Source: a virus
Lineage: Duplodnaviria > Heunggongvirae > Uroviricota > Caudoviricetes
Reading direction: 5' to 3' (one strand)
Length of the DNA stretch: 51,736 nt
Virus record (IMG/VR): IMGVR_UViG_2737471852_000002
Coordinates: 1-51,736 of that record
Shown: piece after piece, positions 17,785-28,159 of the stretch
Layout: each line of letters opens with the position of its first letter
Position numbering within the stretch: the first letter of the stretch is position 1
Translations under genes and position numbers: made by a program
Notes under the pieces: model-generated
Told to the model about the DNA's origin: nothing
Databases searched by the model: none
Seen by the model: only the letters and a program-made list of their open reading frames with translations

Positions 17785-18090
17785 CTACTCCTGTACGAAA
17801 ATGAGGTGGCTGTATGTGCCGAGGTTGGTTTTGGTGGGCTCGTCTGGTGCGCCCTTATCGGTCGCCACCACCAGCGCGCCATCAATGCCAAGCTGTGGAT
17901 ATTGTCGTAATAGGTTCACGCCGGTCAGGAGAGGTACGCCAGAAAGAAGCGCAGCACCGCCGCTATCCATCACGTCCATAATCCAGCCAGCCGCATCACG
18001 CCAGATGATCCTGAGTGTATACGTGGTATTGCCCAGCAAAACGCGGAACTGCTGATTGTCAGGAGAAAGCGGTATTTCGTTAAACTGCAT
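17785..18090 (-). CDS. tail protein
   Basis: 101-aa ORF abutting neighbours in the tail cluster. Confidence 0.45.
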   Translation of the reverse strand: MQFNEIPLSPDNQQFRVLLGNTTYTLRIIWRDAAGWIMDVMDSGGAALLSGVPLLTGVNLLRQYPQLGIDGALVVATDKGAPDEPTKTNLGTYSHLIFVQE

Positions 18091-18091
18091 A

Positions 18092-18694
18092 TCATCCCCC
18101 GAATGCTGATGTAACGCTTCCGCCCAGCTGGCTCAGCAAGGATTCGTTTGGCGGTGTAGTGGATTTCATCCCGGAATTCTGCACCGCCGATGTGCTGACG
18201 CCATCCTGCATATCTGATTTATCTGCAACGCTAACGCTCTGCGTCTGCGACATGATCACTTCACGCAGGGTAAGCGTGCAGTTCAGCACGTTCTCGCTGG
18301 TTTTATCCGTTGTCACCTCGATGGCTCGCACCAGCATATTGCTGTAAACCCGCTTTCCGGTCACTACATCGAACGGCACCCGAGAGGACTGGAGATCCAG
18401 TAGTTGCTGATAGGTCTCTTTCGGGCTAAGTCCGGCGCTGAGGCCGATTGAAGATGTATCAATGAAGTCCAGCAACGAACCGCCACCAGCGAAGCCGCAT
18501 TCCATTGTGACTTCGCTGGGGCGCTTATACGCATGATCGGCGATGAAGCCCGAAGCGCTATTCGTTGTTGGCTTCTCCACCGGGTGCTCAGTAATTTCGA
18601 GCGCATCAGAATGCTTTTCGGAGACGACCACGCTGGGGATCAGCAGGCCAATTCGCCGGGATTGCTGGCGAAAAATCGCTGATAAAATATCCAT
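18092..18694 (-). CDS. tail protein (Mu gp43 / DNA-circulation-like position)
   Basis: 200-aa ORF directly downstream of the tape measure gene. Confidence 0.45.
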   Translation of the reverse strand: MDILSAIFRQQSRRIGLLIPSVVVSEKHSDALEITEHPVEKPTTNSASGFIADHAYKRPSEVTMECGFAGGGSLLDFIDTSSIGLSAGLSPKETYQQLLDLQSSRVPFDVVTGKRVYSNMLVRAIEVTTDKTSENVLNCTLTLREVIMSQTQSVSVADKSDMQDGVSTSAVQNSGMKSTTPPNESLLSQLGGSVTSAFGG

Positions 18695-20961
18695 TATCTC
18701 GGTCCTGCGGGGAGTTGCTGGGTTAACTGTGAATTCACGCCCTTTTGACGATCAACAGTCAAACGGGCAGCCTCGCGCGGATCGGAAACGCCGTGGATGT
18801 TAATATTCGTTTCCTGCTGAATCACCGGGGCGCTGGTGGGCATGTTGCTCATTACTTTCGGAATGTAGTTACGCGTTTCCTGCGGCATTAACCCCATGCC
18901 ATAGCGCTTAACATTCCCGATCCCCCAGTTATATGATGCCAGTGCTTTGCTAAGGTCTCCGCCGTTCTGCCGCAACAGCTGGCTGAGGTACTTAGCTGCG
19001 GCCTGAGCTGACTTTTGCGGGTCGAATACATCGTTTCCGCGAAGGCCCATGTCGCGCGCCGTACCATCCATAAACTGAAACAGACCTTTCGCGCCTGCGC
19101 CGGACATGGCGAACTGGTTACCACCTGACTCGGTTATCGCCACACTTTTCAATAGACCAGCTGGAAGTTGATAAAGCGACTCAAGTTTATTGAACATTGG
19201 CCCCATCCAGTCGAGCAATACTTTGCCCTGGGCTGTGGCCTGTGGACGTTTGACTGATTGCGCAAACTGGGAGGGGTCACCCGATATATTTGGAGAGATT
19301 TCAGCAGCTCCAACCGGGGAGAAAAATAAATTACCGATTTTGGCAATCCCGTCTGAGATTTTTTCAAGATAACCATTAGCAGCCTGCTGACGGTTTTTTA
19401 TTTCATCTCTTTCATGCGGGGCAATTTCATTACTACGAACATGCTGTTCCGCCCCGGGAATGTCAGGCTGAACATTATCGCCATAAACGACGCCATTGCT
19501 TTGCGCCTGACGAATAATCTTACCTGGGCCACCATGCAGCCAATCCATCCATGCGGGCCATTCTCTTACCTCGCTAACATCTTTTCGCCCAAGGTCGGTT
19601 TTGATGCCAACCGTAGCAAGAGCATCACCAATGTTCCTTTTGGTATAGTCCAAAGATGATTTAGCACTGGCTTTTATGTTTTCACGATCTGAAACCAGGT
19701 AACCAGCATACGCTCCCCATAATTTAAGCCATGGAGGTATCGGAAGACCGGATATTTTTGCGAATGCTCCCAATACTTTTGTTACCCATACCCCAGCGAT
19801 GAAAGTAGCCAAAATTTCCAGCGAGTTCTGCCATCCACCAACAGAATCTTTCAGCCCCAGAAGCTTATCGCGCAGCCAGAGAATTGCCTTTTTCGCCTTT
19901 TCTATTGCAGGCTCCCACTTGGACCAGTCAATCAGGCTTTTACCGCCTTCTTTCCACGTCTGATAATCGTCATAGAGTAATCCGATCGCCAGAATCAGCG
20001 TGGTGATAATTCCAATCGGGGATTTCAGGAACGCAGAATTAAGCAGACGCCATGCGACAAGTAGAGCACCGAATATTTTCAGCAGATTTTTACTGCCATC
20101 GTCAAGACGCTTCCACCAGTCGATGACAGAGCCAGCGCCCTGTATCAGCCGCCACGCCATTCTCGTGAATGCGTTCGCAAGCCAGATCACGCCTTTAATA
20201 ACTCTGGTCAGCGTCTCTTCAATCTTCGGGAAATTGTCGAGGATGCGCCGCCGCAGGCTGTCCAGCGAACCAGCCAGGCCACCAGCGAGGTTTGAGCCGA
20301 TCTTGTCCCGCATGATGCCGAACAGCGACGTAAGCCCGCGCATGGACGTCATGAATTTGTTGGACTGAACAGCCGCTTTATCAGCGTTGAACCCTGTCTT
20401 TTGCAGCATCGACTGGTAATCGGCGGTAAAGCCATTCATGCCGCGCCGCATCGCCATCAGCGTGTTTTCATCGATGCCAAGCATCTGCGCGTATTGTTTC
20501 GCGCGGTAATACGGCATGTTGTTGAGCTTTTGCCCAACGCCAGTAAAGATGGCCGCAGTATCACGCATCTTTCCGCTGGCATCGCGAGTCTGGACGCCCA
20601 GGCGGTTCAGGAAGCCTTCCGCGCCCGGATTGCTACGCATGAAACCGGCCAGCCCTTCGAGGGAGGACATAGCCGACTCGGCGCTGGCACCGGTTTGCGA
20701 TGCGGCGTATCCCAGCGCTTTGATGCCCTGGACACTGGCCCCCGTCCGCTGGGATGCCCAGTAAATTTTATCCAGACCGTTCGCGATCTGAGTGGTAAAT
20801 CCGACAATGCTCAGCGCTGCGCCTTCCACCACCGCGCCGACCTTCAGAACGTTAGCTGTAACGCCTTTCAGCACGGCTTCAAACTTATTAGCGCCAGCCT
20901 GATCGATATCGAATCCCAGCGAAACAAGGAAATCTTTAATCGTATCTGCGTTACCGCTCAT
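18694..20961 (-). CDS. tail tape measure protein with lytic transglycosylase (SLT) motif
   Basis: 755 aa; ...VAITESGGNQFAMSGAGAKGLFQFMDGTARDMGL... soluble lytic transglycosylase signature; hydrophobic segments; downstream of the chaperone/frameshift site. Confidence 0.85.
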   Translation of the reverse strand: MSGNADTIKDFLVSLGFDIDQAGANKFEAVLKGVTANVLKVGAVVEGAALSIVGFTTQIANGLDKIYWASQRTGASVQGIKALGYAASQTGASAESAMSSLEGLAGFMRSNPGAEGFLNRLGVQTRDASGKMRDTAAIFTGVGQKLNNMPYYRAKQYAQMLGIDENTLMAMRRGMNGFTADYQSMLQKTGFNADKAAVQSNKFMTSMRGLTSLFGIMRDKIGSNLAGGLAGSLDSLRRRILDNFPKIEETLTRVIKGVIWLANAFTRMAWRLIQGAGSVIDWWKRLDDGSKNLLKIFGALLVAWRLLNSAFLKSPIGIITTLILAIGLLYDDYQTWKEGGKSLIDWSKWEPAIEKAKKAILWLRDKLLGLKDSVGGWQNSLEILATFIAGVWVTKVLGAFAKISGLPIPPWLKLWGAYAGYLVSDRENIKASAKSSLDYTKRNIGDALATVGIKTDLGRKDVSEVREWPAWMDWLHGGPGKIIRQAQSNGVVYGDNVQPDIPGAEQHVRSNEIAPHERDEIKNRQQAANGYLEKISDGIAKIGNLFFSPVGAAEISPNISGDPSQFAQSVKRPQATAQGKVLLDWMGPMFNKLESLYQLPAGLLKSVAITESGGNQFAMSGAGAKGLFQFMDGTARDMGLRGNDVFDPQKSAQAAAKYLSQLLRQNGGDLSKALASYNWGIGNVKRYGMGLMPQETRNYIPKVMSNMPTSAPVIQQETNINIHGVSDPREAARLTVDRQKGVNSQLTQQLPAGPR

Positions 20962-21193
20962 TGGCCGCTCTCCATTTATCTACCCGGGCGTCGTTATCCT
21001 CGCGCATGTCGAGGTAGTCATTGAGAAGCGCGATGCGGCAAAGGTCTACCGCACCGCTGTTAAGGTCTTTCTGGTCAATATGGAAGGCAAGCGCCGGGCG
21101 AAGAATAAAATCTTCACCGCCCGGCAGGCTGTTGAAGGTTATTCCGCTAGCGGGGTGGGCGTCTCGCTGGTAGGGAGTCCTTGCAAAAAATTT
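20951..21193 (-). other. -1 programmed frameshift extension of the tail assembly chaperone (G/GT-type)
   Basis: slippery heptamer A_AAT_TTT at 21187-21193 in the correct zero frame; the -1 frame is then open for 77 codons and stops overlapping the tape measure ATG. Confidence 0.6.
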
Positions 21194-21564
21194 CCCAGAG
21201 AGTCGGCGACCACCCGCGCCACCAGTTGCAGCATGGTAAGCAGGTCGATATCGTCAAACGCCATTTCGCCATGCTGGCAGACCGGCACCCAGTCTTTCAT
21301 GTGCTCGCGTGAAACAACGGAAAGACAGGGGAACAGGATAGCGTCCACGTCGCCATCACTCAGATCGGACACAGCATTGGCAATCTTTGGCAGGATGGTA
21401 GCCATCGCGCCTTCGGTGTCTTTGCTGCTGATCTTCTCCTGAACGCTCCGGAAGTCCGAAACCATCCCGGCCAGAACCGGCAACAGCTTGCGGGACACCT
21501 TCAGCTGTTCGAAAACGCTGAGCTTTGCGGTGCGATATTTCACGCCTTTAATTTCGAATTCCAT
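21139..21564 (-). CDS. tail assembly chaperone
   Basis: 141 aa between tube and tape measure genes, carries the slippery site near its 3' end. Confidence 0.6.
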   Translation of the reverse strand: MEFEIKGVKYRTAKLSVFEQLKVSRKLLPVLAGMVSDFRSVQEKISSKDTEGAMATILPKIANAVSDLSDGDVDAILFPCLSVVSREHMKDWVPVCQHGEMAFDDIDLLTMLQLVARVVADSLGNFLQGLPTSETPTPLAE

Positions 21565-21567
21565 GCG

Positions 21568-22008
21568 TTAAAACTCCCCGAGAAGCTGGTCAATCTTGCC
21601 GCAGTCGAATACCCAGGCGACGGTTCCGCCCTCTTTAGCGTTATTGAAATCAGGCTGTTTCTGGAATGCACACGAACGCGCAGTAGAAATATCACCCGAT
21701 GCCGTGTTGCGAATGACGATCACGTTATTGCCCCAGGTGGCAGAGGACTGGCTTTGCGCGTTATACGCCAGAGACAGCTTTTTATTCACCGGGGAGGTTT
21801 TGAGTAGCGTCACCGTAATGGTGCCTGACTTATCGGCGTGCAGGCTGTGCATCACCTCGCCATCGGCACCGATGGTCATGGTGTTTTTGTTGCCGCCCAT
21901 GGTCTGGGTGATACCTTCCTCAGAGTTCGCAGAACCCTGACCAAGATCGATAACGCCGGTCGGCCCGGTGAGCGACGCGGTTACATCGAGAAAAGAATAA
22001 GTTGCCAT
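21568..22008 (-). CDS. tail tube protein
   Basis: 146 aa directly downstream of the sheath gene. Confidence 0.65.
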   Translation of the reverse strand: MATYSFLDVTASLTGPTGVIDLGQGSANSEEGITQTMGGNKNTMTIGADGEVMHSLHADKSGTITVTLLKTSPVNKKLSLAYNAQSQSSATWGNNVIVIRNTASGDISTARSCAFQKQPDFNNAKEGGTVAWVFDCGKIDQLLGEF

Positions 22009-22018
22009 TTATCGCTCC

Positions 22019-23179
22019 TTAGCGAACCACGTTGATCTGCACATCGGCATAATGAACTGCGCCAGCCAGCTTACAGGCCACCTGGATTAACGGTGCTTTG
22101 CGCGCTTCGCGGTCGGCCTGCGCCTGTTCGGACAGCGGTTGCGCATACACGTAATAGCCTTTGGTCAGCGTATCGCCGGAATTCAGCTGTCCGATAGGGC
22201 CACCATTCCACACGCCAGCAGCTACCAGACCGTTCGTGACGGACTGATCCATGGACTGTTCAACGTTGGAAAGCAGACGGGTCACACCGGCATCAGTCTG
22301 CGGAATTTTGGTGGTGCTGGTGTAAAGCAGGTTATAGAGGTTGGTCTGAACGTAGTTCTGCAACCAGTCGAGCCCGTGGCGCTCGTCGAAGAAGTCACCG
22401 TTCGCCATGACACCCTGTTGCAGGATCGCCGTGTCGTTGGCGTAGTACACGAACACGTTCGCATTCTTCGTATCCACCGCAGCCGCCTGGCCTACCGTCA
22501 ACGTTTCGTAGGTTACGCTTGGTTCCTGTTTGAACTTCAGGGTAATGGTGGTATTGCTGCCGTTGAAATTGACAGTAAACGCACGACCGAAAGCAGAAAC
22601 CGCTGCGTAAGGGCTGCTGGTGGAATACTGAATAAAGGTACGGGCATACTTGCCAGCCTTTAATTTCGACGCAACATCGGTCGTCGAAGTCGTGCTGATA
22701 ATCTCGGCGTCGGCAGAGGTCACACCAAAGATACGGCTAAGGCTGGACGCTTCAATAAGTTTGGCGACCTCAATCACGTCATCAACATCAAGCACATCGC
22801 CACCAGCGACAACATCATCAGCGACAACCAGCCCATACCAGTTGGTATATTGCAGGCAGGCATTAACGGCTTGCACGATAGTTTCAGTATCTCCACTCTC
22901 GGAAGAACTCAGCGTCTTCGCCCAGCGACCAACATAAACCTGTGTCGGCTTCGGTGACTGGCTGAAGAAAACCTGCGCTGCTTTATATTCCGGGCTGTCG
23001 ACACCGAAGTCTTCGCCAATGTCCTCAACGGACGCATAAAGGCGAACGCGCTCCTGCACCGGAATGACAGTGGAAGAACCGAGGATCAGCAGCGCGCCGA
23101 AGTTACGACCAGTAGCCGCTTTCGGCGAGATGATCACATCAACGTTTACAACGTTGGATACAGGTAAACCCTGCGTCAT
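22019..23179 (-). CDS. tail sheath protein
   Basis: 386 aa, myovirus gene order sheath-tube-chaperone-tape measure. Confidence 0.7.
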   Translation of the reverse strand: MTQGLPVSNVVNVDVIISPKAATGRNFGALLILGSSTVIPVQERVRLYASVEDIGEDFGVDSPEYKAAQVFFSQSPKPTQVYVGRWAKTLSSSESGDTETIVQAVNACLQYTNWYGLVVADDVVAGGDVLDVDDVIEVAKLIEASSLSRIFGVTSADAEIISTTSTTDVASKLKAGKYARTFIQYSTSSPYAAVSAFGRAFTVNFNGSNTTITLKFKQEPSVTYETLTVGQAAAVDTKNANVFVYYANDTAILQQGVMANGDFFDERHGLDWLQNYVQTNLYNLLYTSTTKIPQTDAGVTRLLSNVEQSMDQSVTNGLVAAGVWNGGPIGQLNSGDTLTKGYYVYAQPLSEQAQADREARKAPLIQVACKLAGAVHYADVQINVVR

Positions 23180-23182
23180 AGT

Positions 23183-23788
23183 TTATTCTCCAAAAAAGGT
23201 GACTGGCGCTTCCACCAGCGATTTGATGCCGTACTCGCGCACAACCTTCCGGCGCAGGCGCACCGTCATGTCGTAGCGGCGAACCCATTGCTGGTTGATA
23301 AGTTCGGGGAAAGGGGTCAGACCGGTATAGTCGCCAAGAGACAGCCCAAGCGCGTTCAGCTCAGCATTGTTTTGCGGGACAGATATGCCATCGCGAAAAC
23401 GGGACGCATAAGACATACCAGCCGGGCCATAGAACGACGCCATGCACTCGAACGTTTCATGTCGCCAGAGCTCAGCGCCCTCGTCGGTCTGATTGGTGAA
23501 TGCAGGACTGTTATCAATGGGCCATCCGGTAACGCCGAACGCGCACCAGTTCGTTTCAATGGGCAGCAGTGGCGGCTGATCTTTCTGCCAGCGCGGGCGA
23601 ACCATCCCAGCTGGCAAGCCGGAAACGTTGCGCATCCACTGGCTTAACAGCCTGTCTAGCGCTTCGTCATAATCCGGATCGCCGCTGGTGGGTGTCAGCC
23701 AGCCGCGCTCTGTGCTGGTGTTATTGCTCAACGGGAGTTCCCCCATCAAACGGCAACAGTTCGCAATGTGCCTGGACAAAGCCAGCAC
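23183..23788 (-). CDS. structural protein (tail completion / neck?)
   Basis: 201-aa ORF between head and sheath genes. Confidence 0.35.
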   Translation of the reverse strand: MLALSRHIANCCRLMGELPLSNNTSTERGWLTPTSGDPDYDEALDRLLSQWMRNVSGLPAGMVRPRWQKDQPPLLPIETNWCAFGVTGWPIDNSPAFTNQTDEGAELWRHETFECMASFYGPAGMSYASRFRDGISVPQNNAELNALGLSLGDYTGLTPFPELINQQWVRRYDMTVRLRRKVVREYGIKSLVEAPVTFFGE

Positions 23789-24110
23789 CGTAAGCTATAT
23801 ACGGGTCGACGAATGTCACGCGGTAATCACGGTTCTGATACGTCACGATATCGGCATCACGGCCAGTCTGCCCCTGCGTCAGCCGCTCAGTTGTCACAAT
23901 GAGAATCGCGCCACTGATAACCTGCCCGGACTGCATACGTCGGTTTTCGAGAGAGCGGTCAACGGTAACAACTCCGGCAAACTGCGTTTTAACTTCACTG
24001 TCGCTGCCGATCCCGTCATCGTCCACCGTTTGCACGCGACGCGTTACCCACAGGTTGAAGTCGCAAAAATCGGGGTCAAAAAGTACGTCCGTCACATCAA
24101 GATTCGGCAT
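23721..24110 (-). CDS. structural protein (head-tail joining?)
   Basis: 129-aa ORF, overlapping neighbours. Confidence 0.35.
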   Translation of the reverse strand: MPNLDVTDVLFDPDFCDFNLWVTRRVQTVDDDGIGSDSEVKTQFAGVVTVDRSLENRRMQSGQVISGAILIVTTERLTQGQTGRDADIVTYQNRDYRVTFVDPYIAYGAGFVQAHCELLPFDGGTPVEQ

Positions 24111-24651
24111 CTTTATCCCTCACAACGTGGGTAATGGCTCTGCGATATTGCCCGGTGTCAATTAATGGTTTCACCAGATCGGTTCCGGGGAGCTCGCCAG
24201 CAACACGCCGGGCAAGTTCCAGTGTTGCCCCCTTGCGCCCCCGACGAGCCCGGGCTTCAACAGTGCTGTCAGCAAGCGGCGTAAAGCCGGTAATAGTCAT
24301 GTAACGCCTGACGCCATTAGCGGCCAGCGTTCCGGCGCGGTTGAGCGATCTTTCCGCACCCGCCGCATTACCATCAAGCGCAGCCTGCGCCGCTGCTTTA
24401 AGCTGCGGCACTGTCTGTTCCTCTACCGATTTAACGCCGGGGATCAGGTGCGGGCGTGGGGGGATGTTTTGCGCTGGTGAGCCGTATTCGTTGACGTAAC
24501 CGATCCCGGCATTACCAAACGGAACATCCTCACGCTCGCTGTCTTCTTCCGGGATGCCCACCAGCACTTCTTTTTTACCGATGGATTTGAGCGCATCCAG
24601 AATGGCCTGAGCGTTATCCACCCTCGTTGTCACACCGCTTTTGAAACTCAT
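24097..24651 (-). CDS. structural protein (head-tail joining?)
   Basis: 184-aa ORF. Confidence 0.35.
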   Translation of the reverse strand: MSFKSGVTTRVDNAQAILDALKSIGKKEVLVGIPEEDSEREDVPFGNAGIGYVNEYGSPAQNIPPRPHLIPGVKSVEEQTVPQLKAAAQAALDGNAAGAERSLNRAGTLAANGVRRYMTITGFTPLADSTVEARARRGRKGATLELARRVAGELPGTDLVKPLIDTGQYRRAITHVVRDKDAES

Positions 24652-25091
24652 AGCTGGCGACCGCCCGCACCAAACATCGTGATCAGCTGATAAAATTCAG
24701 CGCCATATCGGGTGTTATTCCAGAAGCCTGCGTCAGGGTTTAGCGTCGCGCTGGTGTCATAGCTGACGCTTACCTTGTCAACGGACTTAGAGGACTGAAC
24801 ACCATTGGTTGAACCGCCCGGGCCGCCAACCAGCATCGCCCGGCTATCTGCCGCCCAAAGCGTCATGTAGTGCGCAACGAACAACTCGGCAAAATACGGA
24901 AACAACTTTTTGCCGGTGACCTTTTCGCTTAGCAGCACATCGGCCAGATTCAGACGAAACTCGATTTGCGCTTCGGGATATTTGGCAGGGTCAGCAAACT
25001 GCGGGAAGTCGCGGCGAAAATCACTTACTGTTGGCAGGCTTTGATTCTTTGGCATCTTTCGCCCCATTACCGCCAGTCTGGGCGGCAGCAA
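24648..25091 (-). CDS. structural protein
   Basis: 147-aa ORF; start uncertain. Confidence 0.35.
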   Translation of the reverse strand: MLPPRLAVMGRKMPKNQSLPTVSDFRRDFPQFADPAKYPEAQIEFRLNLADVLLSEKVTGKKLFPYFAELFVAHYMTLWAADSRAMLVGGPGGSTNGVQSSKSVDKVSVSYDTSATLNPDAGFWNNTRYGAEFYQLITMFGAGGRQL

Positions 25092-25410
25092 TCTGCGCTT
25101 GCAGGCTGTCGTTCTGCTCTTGCAGCTTGAGCAGCGCTTCTTTCAGATCGGCAATCAGCTGATCTTTATCGACAATCTGCTTATCTTTGTCGGCAATCTG
25201 CGCTTGCAGGCTGTCGATAATGGGTTGCAGATCATCGGTGTCGCTAATCACGCTTTCGGAAAGCTCAGAGTGCGCCTGGGTGAACCAGTGAGACGCGACC
25301 TCTTCCGGTACGTTATGCCGCCCCCGGCCAAACTCCTGTTTTGACTGATCGCCGAGCGTCAGCGTAAACGGAGTGTGAACATGGATGGTAACCAGCTTTT
25401 CTTTCGCCAT
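25021..25410 (-). CDS. coiled-coil head-associated protein
   Basis: 129 aa with heptad-like repeats ([30 protein letters not shown]) mirrored by DNA repeats. Confidence 0.35.
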   Translation of the reverse strand: MAKEKLVTIHVHTPFTLTLGDQSKQEFGRGRHNVPEEVASHWFTQAHSELSESVISDTDDLQPIIDSLQAQIADKDKQIVDKDQLIADLKEALLKLQEQNDSLQAQIAAAQTGGNGAKDAKESKPANSK

Positions 25411-25451
25411 TTTCAGTTTCCTTCTGGCCCCTTTCGGGGCCGTTCTGGTTA

Positions 25452-26393
25452 TCAGATACCGTCCACGTAGGACAGGGTTTCTTTGTACACTGGCTCAACC
25501 GCACCGAGCTTGCCGTAGTAGGTCGCAATCTGGTACAGACCGCGATACTGGATAGGAACGCTCTGCAACGGCACCAGCGGATAGCGCACATATTTCTTGT
25601 CGTTGGTGTAGGCGACCATACGGTCTTTACCGCCAACCCCGCGCCCTTTCAGCCATTTAACCGCTTTGATTTCCAGCGGAACGCCGTTCTGGTGGAAAGC
25701 GATAGTGTTCACGGCCAGATAGGTCAGCAGTGACTGGTTACCCGCTTCGGAAACCTTACGGCTCGCCAGCAGTGAATACTGCTCTGGCGGAATGCGCAGA
25801 TCAGAAGGCACGACGGAATAACCGGATGCTGCCCAGGCATTCGACAGAATGCTGTTCACGCTATCGAGAATCTCGTCGTTGGTGGAGTTCGCCCAGGTCT
25901 TCGGCGCATTGTTCAGCGTCACACCGACAAGGTTTGCCAGCCCTTTCAGGCCGAGCGCATCATCGCCAATGTAAACCTGCTCGTCGTTGTCCATCTGCCA
26001 TTTGAGCTGCATCCCGTCGTACTTCTGGGTATCAATCGGGCGACCTACCTGCTGAGCTGCTGCCAGCTCTACAACGGTCCAGCCCAGTTCCATGCCCCAG
26101 AGGTTCAGCGGATTGCCGTCTTTGCCGATATCAACATTCACGCCAGCAATAGCAGTGGAGTCTTTGCCTACCCAGTTTTTACCGTTCGGATTTGCGCCAG
26201 TACCAGCAGCGCCAAAACTGGTGTTAGTCCAGCTGGAAATGTCATCTGCGATAGAAACGTCTTCACGCAGCTGAATATCGCGGGTCCAGGTGTAACCCAC
26301 CAGCGGCAGGTTCAGCGTCTGGTCGAGTCGCTCCAGCTCCCCGATGAGAAAGGCACCAGAGCTATCAACGGTTGCCTGATCAAAAGTAATCAT
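25452..26393 (-). CDS. major capsid protein (Mu gpT-like position)
   Basis: 313 aa, largest head ORF downstream of protease/scaffold genes. Confidence 0.6.
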   Translation of the reverse strand: MITFDQATVDSSGAFLIGELERLDQTLNLPLVGYTWTRDIQLREDVSIADDISSWTNTSFGAAGTGANPNGKNWVGKDSTAIAGVNVDIGKDGNPLNLWGMELGWTVVELAAAQQVGRPIDTQKYDGMQLKWQMDNDEQVYIGDDALGLKGLANLVGVTLNNAPKTWANSTNDEILDSVNSILSNAWAASGYSVVPSDLRIPPEQYSLLASRKVSEAGNQSLLTYLAVNTIAFHQNGVPLEIKAVKWLKGRGVGGKDRMVAYTNDKKYVRYPLVPLQSVPIQYRGLYQIATYYGKLGAVEPVYKETLSYVDGI

Positions 26394-26404
26394 TCGTCTG
26401 TTCC

Positions 26405-26908
26405 TTAAATCTTCCAGGAGATTTCTGCATTGCCGTTAGCGTCACCGGCCCCTGTGAATTCGGCGTTGGTCAGCGCCACGTTTTTGCCACTGACGGACGT
26501 GGACATGAAGCCGCCCAGCGGCACTTTGATGGATTCATCAGTGGAGACGACAACGTATACCGGGTCGCCTTTTTTGATGGTGCTGGCATCAAAATCAGAG
26601 CCGAGATTAACGGTCATGTAGCCACGCTTCATGGCGTCACCCGGGAAGTTCTTATCCGTCCCCACCTGGCGAACCATGTCTGGCTGCGATGTGGTCGGAT
26701 ACGGACGAACGTAGATCCCCTTCACCTTGTCGGCGGTGTCACCGTCCGCCAGCGGCACGAAAAAGCCGTCAGCGTCATATTTGCCAGCCAGACCATAGGC
26801 AGCGAAGGCGTTAGCGGATTTAAGGATCACCGGTTCGACGGTTAAGTCCTGCGGGCGAGAGATAGCCCCGGCAATGCCAACAGGCATCCGGTACAAATAT
26901 GCAGTCAT
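26405..26908 (-). CDS. head protein (scaffold/decoration?)
   Basis: 167-aa ORF immediately upstream of the capsid gene. Confidence 0.4.
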   Translation of the reverse strand: MTAYLYRMPVGIAGAISRPQDLTVEPVILKSANAFAAYGLAGKYDADGFFVPLADGDTADKVKGIYVRPYPTTSQPDMVRQVGTDKNFPGDAMKRGYMTVNLGSDFDASTIKKGDPVYVVVSTDESIKVPLGGFMSTSVSGKNVALTNAEFTGAGDANGNAEISWKI

Positions 26909-26912
26909 TGGA

Positions 26913-28145
26913 TTATCCTTTGCGGTTAGACCAGAAGTCGGCGTTTTGTTTGTTCAGGGAAGCGATGCTGGTCATGCCCATATTTGGACGTTGTGCATCG
27001 CCCGTGGTGCTGCGGGTGTTTCGCCCTTTGGCAATCTCAGACACGGCGTTAAACGCCATATCGACCGATTGCTTGGGCAATTTGCGGATATCTGCATCAC
27101 CGACAACCTGGCGAACCAGTGTTTTGTCAGCGGCGGACAGCACATCACGTTTGAACGCGGTCGGTTTCACCTTACGGCTCAGATCGATACCCGGAACGAT
27201 AACTTCGGCACGATAAGCAGCGTCACCGGTAATCGTGGTTTCCTCTTCGTCGTCCTCACCGTCGCCGGTAGGGTCTTTGTTATCTTTGCCGTCAGGCTTA
27301 TCGTCGTTATCGCCCGTTGCAGTACCTTCCAGCTTAGCCAGCAGGGCTTTGAGCAAGGTTTTGATATCGTCCTCGCCGTCGCCGGTTGGCTCTCCGCCCA
27401 TTTCCGGCTTTTTGTCCGGAAATGGTTGTTGCGGTGAAAGATTAATGTTGAGGTTAACGCCGCTCGGCAGATCCCCTTCATCGCCCGTTACCGCCGCTGG
27501 CGCAGAGTCCAGCAGTTCGTTCATGGTGTCAGCATCACCCGTTTTGATGGCCGTGCGCATGCGGGTCCACCAGCTTTTCTTTTGATTTGCCATTGTGTCT
27601 CTGTCTCCAATTGCACAACGATTTCCGGCTCTGCCTTTAGGGACAAGAGCCACATGGTTTCCGGTAATATCGACCTGCTCGGCTTTTCCGGGTTCGGTCT
27701 GCTCGTACTCAGCGTCATAGCCGCACGACACTTCGCGCAGACCATCTTCGATCAGCTGAATGGCGCTTTCGTCTTTGACGATAAGGTCAGCCAGCATCAA
27801 ATCAGACTGATCACCAGTCCCGCGCCGAACGTTCTGAAGATGCCCGACCGCAAGCTCTTTCCAGTTCTCGGGGTTGACCAGCCGCACATTCCCGTTTTCA
27901 TCTTCAGGATGCAGGATCGTGATGCTCATCCCTTCGAATGAGGCGAGCGTGGCCGGATGGAATACCTGATCAGGAGAGCGCGTTACGACTATCTCGCCGA
28001 GCTTGTCGGGTTTGAGGTTTGGCAGATCGGCAGCGCCGTAAAGCTGCTTACCCGTTCGACCTATCGGCACGTCTTTGCACAGTAGCGAGCCGTCAGCCAG
28101 CTGATAACGGGTTTCCCCCAGCCGGGTATTGAAAAAATATTTCAT
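26913..28145 (-). CDS. prohead protease/scaffold-like protein
   Basis: 410 aa with acidic Gly/Asp/Glu-rich low-complexity middle (GDGEDDEEETTITGD). Confidence 0.5.
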   Translation of the reverse strand: MKYFFNTRLGETRYQLADGSLLCKDVPIGRTGKQLYGAADLPNLKPDKLGEIVVTRSPDQVFHPATLASFEGMSITILHPEDENGNVRLVNPENWKELAVGHLQNVRRGTGDQSDLMLADLIVKDESAIQLIEDGLREVSCGYDAEYEQTEPGKAEQVDITGNHVALVPKGRAGNRCAIGDRDTMANQKKSWWTRMRTAIKTGDADTMNELLDSAPAAVTGDEGDLPSGVNLNINLSPQQPFPDKKPEMGGEPTGDGEDDIKTLLKALLAKLEGTATGDNDDKPDGKDNKDPTGDGEDDEEETTITGDAAYRAEVIVPGIDLSRKVKPTAFKRDVLSAADKTLVRQVVGDADIRKLPKQSVDMAFNAVSEIAKGRNTRSTTGDAQRPNMGMTSIASLNKQNADFWSNRKG

Positions 28146-28159
28146 GGTTTACCTGCGAT

